From positions 1-34,578 of the forward strand of contig JAZRPU010000073.1 of NCBI GenBank assembly GCA_045649365.1: a stretch of 34,578 bases of DNA, written 5' to 3'. The translations under genes were made by a program, and so were the position numbers. The notes beneath the pieces were generated by a model. It was not told the DNA's origin. It saw nothing but the letters and a program-made list of their open reading frames with translations, and searched no databases. This document shows, piece by piece, positions 27,864 to 34,578 of this stretch. Source of the stretch: Eubacteriales bacterium. GTDB lineage: Bacteria; Bacillota; Clostridia; Oscillospirales; CAG-382. Positions within the stretch are counted from its first letter, which is position 1, and each line of letters opens with the position of its first letter.

Positions 27864-27892
27864 TTTCCATTTTCAATAGCGAGGTTTATTTA

Positions 27893-28330
27893 ATGAAAAG
27901 TATTTTTAAAAAATGTCTTTCTGCTATAGGCGCAGTTTTCGCTCTTTCAGCAGTTTCATTAACTGCTTTTGCAGAAGGCTCTGCTGCTGATAATTCTGCA
28001 GTTCCCCAACAATCTCCAACCACTTCCCTTTTGTCTTATGGTGTTATGATTGTTGTTTTCCTTTTGGTTGGATATTTCTTTTTAATCCGCCCCGAAAAGA
28101 AGCGTAAAAAAGAAGCTCAAGATTTGAGAGATAACTTAAAACCGGGAAACAGAATAACAACTATTGGCGGTATAGTTGGTACCGTTGAAAAAGTTACTGA
28201 TGAAGAAATTTTTCTTACAAACGGTTTAGTTCTTAAGCGTTGGGCTCTTCGTTCTATTGACGAAGTTGCTCCCGAAGGAAGCTCTGCTGTTACCTATTAC
28301 GAAGAAGACGAAGAAACCGAAAGCAAATAA
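27893..28330 (+). CDS. yajC: Preprotein translocase subunit YajC with an N-terminal extension
   Basis: YFFLIRPEKKRKKE, LKPGNRITTIGGIVGTV. Confidence 0.9.
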   Translation: MKSIFKKCLSAIGAVFALSAVSLTAFAEGSAADNSAVPQQSPTTSLLSYGVMIVVFLLVGYFFLIRPEKKRKKEAQDLRDNLKPGNRITTIGGIVGTVEKVTDEEIFLTNGLVLKRWALRSIDEVAPEGSSAVTYYEEDEETESK

Positions 28331-28375
28331 TTAAAAATTGTTTGCAAAATAGTTACTTCTCATAAGAAGAACAAC

Positions 28376-28415
28376 AAACTCCGACAGATTTTAAACGTCT
28401 GTCGGAGTTTTATTT
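28376..28415 (+). terminator. Intrinsic terminator after yajC
   Basis: AAACTCCGACAGA...TCTGTCGGAGTTTTATTT. Confidence 0.8.
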
Positions 28416-28500
28416 ATTATGGATTTTCTATTTTCATTTTCGCCTTTGTTTAGCAAAAGCAAAGGAAAACGCGCATTCACTATTATTTGACTTTTATAAT

Positions 28501-29004
28501 TTACCAGCGGAAATTTTTTCCCGACATCACCCTTGAAAGTAAGCTTTTCAAAGCTCCCTCAACGTTAATAGGCAGAGCTGATGCATCAACTATGTATTGT
28601 CTGTCATCTGAAAGGAATAAATACACATCCCCGTCATTATATATAACCTTTTTTACGTTGGAATAGTCAATCCATTCTGTTTTTTCTTCCACGCCCTTTT
28701 TTGAAGCCACACGAAAGCCTTCTTCATCAAACATAAGCATAACCGATGCATTATATAGAGGGTCTTTTTTGCAAACCAAAAAAGGCAGAAGAATCATCGT
28801 TACAGAAAAAGCTACATTTATAAATGATAAAAAAGCACATTGACCGTATAATATTTTACCGTCGGAAAATGCAAGCATCATTACTATGGAAACAACGTTT
28901 GCTAAAACAAGAATAATCCATATCCACGTTTTATTCCATAAATCGTATTTCTTCAGTTTTATCATTTTTTCGCGAGTATAATCCAAGCTCACTACTATAG
29001 GCAT
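28501..29004 (-). CDS. YcxB-like membrane protein
   Basis: Two TM helices, then FDEEGF...IDYSNVKKV...YLFL...YIV. Confidence 0.7.
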   Translation of the reverse strand: MPIVVSLDYTREKMIKLKKYDLWNKTWIWIILVLANVVSIVMMLAFSDGKILYGQCAFLSFINVAFSVTMILLPFLVCKKDPLYNASVMLMFDEEGFRVASKKGVEEKTEWIDYSNVKKVIYNDGDVYLFLSDDRQYIVDASALPINVEGALKSLLSRVMSGKNFRW

Positions 29005-29026
29005 AATGTTTCCCCTTTATTCAATT

Positions 29027-29056
29027 AGTCCCGTATCGCTTTCGCAATACGGGACT
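29027..29056 (-). other. Strong GAAA-tetraloop hairpin lacking a minus-strand U-tract
   Basis: AGUCCCGUAUUGC-GAAA-GCGAUACGGGACU, 13 bp with one G:U pair. Confidence 0.7.
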
Positions 29057-29104
29057 TTGACTATTTATAAATTACCAATTCAACTTCTGTCAGACCGCGA
29101 CTTT

Positions 29105-29210
29105 GGACTAATTTCATACTACTAATGTGTCTGTTCTTCAGAAAAGTAAACCATCGAGTGATGTTTTAAACTTTATACTAAAGTAGACGTGACATTAGCT
29201 GTCCGCAAGG
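29105..29210 (-). ncRNA. Dispersed third copy of the candidate structured RNA motif
   Basis: Shares AAACCATCGAGT and GAYATTRGC-NN-TCCGC with 2130-2217 at nearly the same spacing (50 vs 49 nt). Confidence 0.45.
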
Positions 29211-29212
29211 AA

Positions 29213-30976
29213 TTAGTTGAATTTTCTTCTGGAAACGATAACTGCACCTGCAAGGGAGATAGCTGCTACAAGAGCAACCACAGCAAAACCTGCATCACCA
29301 GGGTTTTCGTTTTCATCGGGGTTAACTGCTCCACCGGAAGCGCCACCACCGATAACTTCGATTTCACCAAGAGTGAGAACGTATTCTTTGCTTGTGAGAG
29401 TAACTCTAACGTATTTAGCTGTTACATCTTTTGCAAGAGCGTATTCAATGTTAAATGTGTTAGCAACTTCTGTTTCAACTTCTGCGTATGTGTAATCATC
29501 AGCAGAAAGCTTTGTGAAAGAAGAACCGTTGTTGGACACTTCGATAATAACGTCTGCAAATTGACGGTTTCCATTGATAACAACGCCGTCGAATCTGATT
29601 TTGTTGATGTCTGTGCATTTTTTGCCGAGGTTAATTGTTATTGTGTTGGTAACTTTTGAGCCTGCAAAAGCAACTGTTTCAAAAGGAGTTTCAGATGTAG
29701 GAATAATTCCGTCTGTAAGCATTTCACCATTGTCGGTTTTGCTTGCATCAAGATATTTGAGAGCGCCTTCGATTGTGTATTTTTTGCCTGCTGCATAGTT
29801 TACTTCAACAGGGTCTTCAAGCATATCTTCTGTAACCTGAACAAGAACGATAACAAAAGCTGTGGGGTTTGTTACATCGTAAGTTGCGATTTGAACAGCG
29901 GATGTTTCAGGGTTAACAACGATTGCTCTTGTTGCGGAGCAAGCGGGGAAGATAGAAACAGCATAACCTGAAATACTGGTTTCGGGGTCAGAAGCATCTT
30001 GGATAAGTGTAACGCCATATCTTTGAGCAGCACTGTCATTACTGTCCCATGCTTTAACGTTAGTTCCGTCAGCATCAAGTCCGTCTTCAATATCGAGAAC
30101 TTTGCCTGTTGCTTTGTTGGAAATTTTGTATTTTCCGTCTTCTTTAAGTTCGAATTTCCAAACCAATTCGCTAAGGAGTTTTGTTTCTTCTGTAACAGGA
30201 ACTGCTGTTACGAAATCATTTTCTACTGCCCAAATTTTTCCTTCAGCAGAAGCAACTACGAAATATTTGCCATCGAAAGGATCAGCAGGAACTACGGGAG
30301 CTTCAGAGCCGTCTTCAGAAGCTTCTTCAGAAACTTCTTCGGAGGATTCTTCAGAAACTACGGGAGCTTCAGAAGATTCTTCTGTAACAATAGCTTCACC
30401 TCCAACAACCTGAATTTCATTCATAAGAAGAACCCATTTGTTGCTATATACGGTAAGTTTAACGTAACGAGCTTTGAGGTCGGAAGAGAAGTTGTAGATA
30501 TAGTTGTAATAACCCATATCGTCGCCTTCTGCCCAAACTTCTTTTTCCATTGTGTATTTAGCTACTTTGAAATCGGAACCGTTTGTGGATGTTTCAATAC
30601 GAGCTTTGTCACGGCAGAAGCCTCTGTTTCCCGCTTCAAAAGCATCGGAGTCACGAACGTTGATGATAACTTTGCTGATATCACTGTAGGATTTGCCAAG
30701 GTCAATAGTAAGAGTTACTACTTTAGCTGTACCTGTAATACCAACAGACTTTCCGCCTTCTTCAGCGTAGGGGAGAACACCGTCTGTGAGAATTTTTCCA
30801 TCGTCTGCTGTGCCGGCTAAATATGCATATTCTTCAGCATAAGCATAGGATTTACCATAAGCATAGTTTTTTTCGCCTTGTGCAAGGTTTGCATTTTCGC
30901 CTTCAGCCATAACTGTAAAGGAGAAAGTTGCCAAAACCATAACAAGAGTTAAAAGAATTGCGGTTATCTTTTTCAT
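29213..30976 (-). CDS. Surface protein: F5/8C-like, acidic linker, ricin-B-like, F5/8C-like, then a sorting-signal-like C-terminus
   Basis: Signal peptide; two NYA...LTDG...DLG/NLG...GNR...EIxV modules; YKISNKATGKVLDI...DGTNVKAW...AQRY; NPGDAG plus hydrophobic helix plus RRK. Confidence 0.75.
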   Translation of the reverse strand: MKKITAILLTLVMVLATFSFTVMAEGENANLAQGEKNYAYGKSYAYAEEYAYLAGTADDGKILTDGVLPYAEEGGKSVGITGTAKVVTLTIDLGKSYSDISKVIINVRDSDAFEAGNRGFCRDKARIETSTNGSDFKVAKYTMEKEVWAEGDDMGYYNYIYNFSSDLKARYVKLTVYSNKWVLLMNEIQVVGGEAIVTEESSEAPVVSEESSEEVSEEASEDGSEAPVVPADPFDGKYFVVASAEGKIWAVENDFVTAVPVTEETKLLSELVWKFELKEDGKYKISNKATGKVLDIEDGLDADGTNVKAWDSNDSAAQRYGVTLIQDASDPETSISGYAVSIFPACSATRAIVVNPETSAVQIATYDVTNPTAFVIVLVQVTEDMLEDPVEVNYAAGKKYTIEGALKYLDASKTDNGEMLTDGIIPTSETPFETVAFAGSKVTNTITINLGKKCTDINKIRFDGVVINGNRQFADVIIEVSNNGSSFTKLSADDYTYAEVETEVANTFNIEYALAKDVTAKYVRVTLTSKEYVLTLGEIEVIGGGASGGAVNPDENENPGDAGFAVVALVAAISLAGAVIVSRRKFN

Positions 30977-31016
30977 TGGAATTGCCTCCTAAAATATTAA
31001 TTTTTTCCGCAATGTC

Positions 31017-31045
31017 ATTATACTATAGCTTTTTTTATTTGTCAA
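31017..31045 (-). promoter_or_regulatory. Consensus sigma-A promoter
   Basis: TTGACA-17bp-TATAAT. Confidence 0.85.
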
Positions 31046-31189
31046 TAGGATTTTTGGCTAAAATAGTGATTTTTGCACATATTATTTCCAATTGTTAATC
31101 TCTTTTTCACAAATTGTTTTTTGTTCCCGTTCTGTTGTTTTATCCTTACTTTATTTAAAGGGAATTTAATCTTTTCAATAACCATATAC

Positions 31190-31262
31190 GAGCAAAAGCA
31201 CGAAAGAGATATCCACAAATATAAGCTTTTTTAAAGATGGATTTTCATAAGTTTATCTCCTT
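31190..31262 (-). pseudogene. Frameshifted remnant of the RBS and signal-peptide region of the 31473-32327 gene
   Basis: AAGGAGATAAACTTATGAAAA-TCCATCTTTAAAAAAGCTT aligns with AAGGAGATTTACTTATGAAAAAGACATCTATCAAGAAGCTT; a 1-bp deletion gives a stop after 5 codons. Confidence 0.55.
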
Positions 31263-31349
31263 GTGTTTTATATTTTAAAGTTTATAAAACATAAAAATTC
31301 AGCTTTGGTAATCAGACAATCTTTAGTTTTATCAGCCTTTAAAAGAAAT

Positions 31350-31388
31350 AAAGCCCTGTAAAAATCGTTACGCTTTTTACAGGGCTTT
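31350..31388 (-). terminator. Terminator after the 284-aa surface protein gene
   Basis: AAAGCCCTGTAAAAA...TTTTTACAGGGCTTT. Confidence 0.75.
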
Positions 31389-31472
31389 TATTATTGTCCG
31401 TTCACACGGTCATTTTGCATAGAATTACTTAATTGTAATTATGAAATCGGAACCGTATTCAGCAGTTTTTAA

Positions 31473-32327
31473 TTATTTGCTGTTCTTTTTCTTGAGAACA
31501 ACTACTACAGCTGCAATAACGATAACTGCTACAACGCCGATAACTACGAAAGGAACGATGCTTCCCTTGTCTTCGTCTTTATCATCTGCTTTGGATTCTT
31601 CAGCTTTAGATTCGGTTTTGGATTCTTCTGTAGATTCAGCAGCAGATTCAACAGTAGATTCTACTGTGGATTCAGCAGCAGATTCTTCAGATGTAGCGTC
31701 TGTAGATTCAGCTACGGATTCAGTAGCAGATTCTTCAGATGTAGCTTCGGAAGCAGCTTCGGAAGTTTCTTCAGAAACGTCTTCGATAACTTCTTTAACA
31801 GTGATTTCGAACTGTTGGTTGGGGTTTGTTGCAACGAAGTCGCAAAGCTGTGCATTGAAGTTAACAGCGTTAACGTCAATAACCTGATTTTCAGAGTGGT
31901 TAGGTCTTGCAAGATATTTCAAGCAATATTCATAGAAATAGAATGTCTGGCATTCGTGTCCTTCGCCTTCATCAACAACCATGATATTTGCGATATCGCC
32001 TTCTGCTTCTGTTTCAGCTGTAAGGCATCTTCCGTCGAGTTTACTTGTGATTTTGTATGCTTCGCCAACTTTTTCGAATTTCCAAAGTTGAGAGTCATCA
32101 CCAGTTGTTGTGTCAGCCCAAACATTGTAATTACCATCGTTTGTAAGAGCTTTACCTTCAAAAGGAAGAACGATTGTTGCATAGAATGCATCACCGAAAT
32201 CTTGAGGCGCCTTATTAAGAGGGGAATCATCAGCACTTGCTGTGATGGAAAGAGAAGCGATTACCGCTGTGAAAAGAACGAGGGAAAGCATTACGGATAA
32301 AAGCTTCTTGATAGATGTCTTTTTCAT
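31473..32327 (-). CDS. Membrane-anchored surface protein with a ricin-B-like lectin domain and acidic stalk
   Basis: Signal peptide; SQLWKF...YKITSKLDGRCL, CQTFYF, NQQF (QxW-like repeats); E/S/T/A linker; TM helix plus KKK. Confidence 0.75.
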   Translation of the reverse strand: MKKTSIKKLLSVMLSLVLFTAVIASLSITASADDSPLNKAPQDFGDAFYATIVLPFEGKALTNDGNYNVWADTTTGDDSQLWKFEKVGEAYKITSKLDGRCLTAETEAEGDIANIMVVDEGEGHECQTFYFYEYCLKYLARPNHSENQVIDVNAVNFNAQLCDFVATNPNQQFEITVKEVIEDVSEETSEAASEATSEESATESVAESTDATSEESAAESTVESTVESAAESTEESKTESKAEESKADDKDEDKGSIVPFVVIGVVAVIVIAAVVVVLKKKNSK

Positions 32328-32381
32328 AAGTAAATCTCCTTATATTTTTTTCCAAAAGCTTTACACCTTAGGATAATACGT

Positions 32382-32410
32382 ATTCTATCACAAAAACACA
32401 TTATTGTCAA
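32382..32410 (-). promoter_or_regulatory. Sigma-A promoter
   Basis: TTGACA-17bp-TAGAAT with TG extension. Confidence 0.75.
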
Positions 32411-32491
32411 TAACCTCGCGCGAAATCTACACAAAAATTCAAAAAGGTGATATTTTATTAACAAAAGATGTTCTTTGTGTATCTTAACATC

Positions 32492-32532
32492 AAAAAAACG
32501 GAAACCGCTTCTTTGAAAAGGGTTTCCGTTTT
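32492..32532 (-). terminator. Intrinsic terminator after tpiA
   Basis: AAAACGGAAACC...GGTTTCCGTTTT with a T7 tail on the minus strand. Confidence 0.8.
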
Positions 32533-32562
32533 GCAATTATTTTATAATACAATCAGGTAATC

Positions 32563-33339
32563 TTATTGAGCAGCTGCATCAATGATAGCTACAAAGTCGG
32601 GAGCTTTAAGAGAAGCACCGCCGATGAGTCCGCCATCAACGTTTTTCTTTGAAAGAAGTTCAGCAGCATTCTTTGCATTCATAGAGCCACCGTATTGGAT
32701 AGTTGTTGCTTCTGCAACGTCGTTTCCGTAAAGCTTAGCAAGAACGCCTCTGATGATAGCGCAAACTTCTTCTGCTTGGTCAGCAGTAGCAGTTTTGCCT
32801 GTTCCGATAGCCCAAACGGGTTCGTATGCGATGATGATATTTTTCATATCTTCTGCAGAAACGCCGAGAAGGTCAACTTTTGTTTGCATGGAAACGATTT
32901 CTTCTGTGATTCCTTGTTCTCTCTGTTCAAGAACTTCGCCAACACAAAGAATTACTTTGAGTCCGTTTGCAAGTGCTGCTTTAACTCTTGCATTTACTGT
33001 GTTGTCTGTTTCACCGAAGTATTGTCTTCTTTCGCTATGTCCAATGATAACATATTCAACGCCAGCTTCTTTAAGCATTGCGCCGGAAATTTCGCCTGTG
33101 AAAGCTCCTTTTTCTGCCCAGTGGATATTTTGTGCAGAAATTTTGATATTGCTTCCTTCAGCAGCTGCAATAGCGGCTGAAATGGAGGTGAAAGGAACAC
33201 CAGCGATGATTTCGCAATATGATGTGTCTTTTCCTGCAAGCTCTGCTTTGATAGCGTTGATAAGTGCTGTTGCCTCTGCGGCAGTATTGTTCATTTTCCA
33301 GTTACCAGCGATAACTGCTCTTCTTTTGGATTTATCCAT
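32563..33339 (-). CDS. tpiA: Triosephosphate isomerase
   Basis: AGNWKMN, GAFTGEIS, IIGHSERR, AYEPVWAIGTG, YGGS, LIGGASL. Confidence 0.98.
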   Translation of the reverse strand: MDKSKRRAVIAGNWKMNNTAAEATALINAIKAELAGKDTSYCEIIAGVPFTSISAAIAAAEGSNIKISAQNIHWAEKGAFTGEISGAMLKEAGVEYVIIGHSERRQYFGETDNTVNARVKAALANGLKVILCVGEVLEQREQGITEEIVSMQTKVDLLGVSAEDMKNIIIAYEPVWAIGTGKTATADQAEEVCAIIRGVLAKLYGNDVAEATTIQYGGSMNAKNAAELLSKKNVDGGLIGGASLKAPDFVAIIDAAAQ

Positions 33340-33368
33340 TTTTATTATCCTTTCGTGATATCTTTTTC

Positions 33369-34556
33369 TTATTTATCGTTAAGACATGCAATACCAGGGA
33401 GTTCAAGTCCTTCGAGGAATTCGAGGGATGCACCGCCACCTGTGGAAACGTGAGTAATTTTGTCTTTGTATCCGAATTTTTCTACTGCTGCTGCACTGTC
33501 ACCACCGCCAATAATAGAGATAGCATCAGAAGCTGCAACTGCTTCTGCAACTGCTTTTGTACCAATTGCAAAGTTGTCAAATTCGAAAACGCCCATAGGT
33601 CCGTTCCAGATTACAGTACCTGCATTTTTGATAGCCGCAGAGAAAGAAGCTATTGTTTCTGCACCGATATCAAGGCCCATGTAGTCTTCAGGGATTTCTT
33701 TTGTCTTGAAGGTTGTAGCAGGAGAATCATTAGAAAATTCTTTTGCACAAACTGTATCTGTGGGGAGAAGAAGATTTACGTTTTTAGCTTTTGCTTTTGC
33801 AACAAGTTCGCAAGCAAGATCAAGCTTGTCTGCTTCGCAAAGGGATTTACCAATTTCGCCGCCCTGTGCTTTTACGAAAGTATAAGCCATACCGCCGCCG
33901 ATAATGAGAGTATCAACTTTTTCAAGAAGATTGTTGATTACACCGATTTTATCAGAAACCTTTGCACCACCCAAAATTGCAACGAAAGGACGTTTGGGTG
34001 TTTCAAGAGCTCCACCCATGATTTTGATTTCTTTCTGAATAAGGTATCCGCAAACTGCAGGGAGATAGTCAGCAACACCCGCTGTGGAAGCATGTGCTCT
34101 GTGAGCTGTTCCGAAAGCATCGTTTACGTAAATTTCAGCAAGAGATGCCAATTTTTTGGAAAATTCTGCATCATTCTTTTCTTCTTCTTTGTGGAAACGA
34201 ACGTTTTCAAGAAGCATAACGTCGCCATTGCCAAGAGCAGCAGCTTTCGCAACAGCATCTTCGCCTACAACGTCTTTTGCGAGAGCAACTTCTTTGCCCA
34301 AGATTTCGGAAAGTCTTTTTGCTACGGGAGCAAGAGTATATTTCATGTTAAATTCTCCCTTGGGTCTGCCGAGGTGAGAACAAAGAATAACTTTTGCACC
34401 GTTATCTACCAAATATTTGATAGTGGGCATTGCTCCAACGATTCTGTTTTCGTCGGTAATTCTTTCTCCGTCAAGGGGAACGTTAAAGTCACATCTTACA
34501 AGGACTTTTTTTCCTGTTACATTGATATCTTCAATGCTTTTTTTGTTCATGTTCAT
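33369..34556 (-). CDS. pgk: Phosphoglycerate kinase
   Basis: [58 protein letters not shown]. Confidence 0.98.
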   Translation of the reverse strand: MNMNKKSIEDINVTGKKVLVRCDFNVPLDGERITDENRIVGAMPTIKYLVDNGAKVILCSHLGRPKGEFNMKYTLAPVAKRLSEILGKEVALAKDVVGEDAVAKAAALGNGDVMLLENVRFHKEEEKNDAEFSKKLASLAEIYVNDAFGTAHRAHASTAGVADYLPAVCGYLIQKEIKIMGGALETPKRPFVAILGGAKVSDKIGVINNLLEKVDTLIIGGGMAYTFVKAQGGEIGKSLCEADKLDLACELVAKAKAKNVNLLLPTDTVCAKEFSNDSPATTFKTKEIPEDYMGLDIGAETIASFSAAIKNAGTVIWNGPMGVFEFDNFAIGTKAVAEAVAASDAISIIGGGDSAAAVEKFGYKDKITHVSTGGGASLEFLEGLELPGIACLNDK

Positions 34557-34578
34557 AGGTATAAACCTCCTAAAAAAT

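Noticed and set aside
29060-29210. 6S RNA, RNase P or group I intron fragment (UAGUCC, ACAGAA)
   Set aside because: Only short word matches; no long 6S rod, no GAGGAAAGUCC and no P7 partner GACUA on the same strand.
29189-33358. Long plus-strand ORFs (29999-30820, 31815-32300, 32753-33358 and others)
   Set aside because: Antisense shadows of codon-biased minus-strand genes with no recognisable motifs.

Overview
AT-rich chromosomal window from a spore-forming Clostridia-like Bacillota genome (inferred from sigK, a coat-protein pair, rny-ymdB and sigma-A promoters). Most of it is ordinary: sigK, putP, rmlABDC with a glycosyltransferase, an ung-maf-DUF368-serS-acyltransferase run, a cysteine desulfurase, rny-ymdB-yajC, pgk-tpiA and several surface proteins built from lectin-like modules. 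The unusual part is the first 2.3 kb. A tRNA-Gly(CCC)/tRNA-Ala(CGC) pair is followed by a partial array made of a tRNA 3'-end copy, a palindromic hairpin and a variable structured insert. A 940-bp transposase-free cassette (perfect 21-bp terminal inverted repeats, its own promoter, a GH25 muramidase gene) sits next to the duplicated tRNA CCA end. Separately, a diverged structured-RNA-like motif occurs twice in tandem between the two tRNAs and once 27 kb away at about 29.1-29.2 kb. All alignments and folds were done by eye; no database searches were run.
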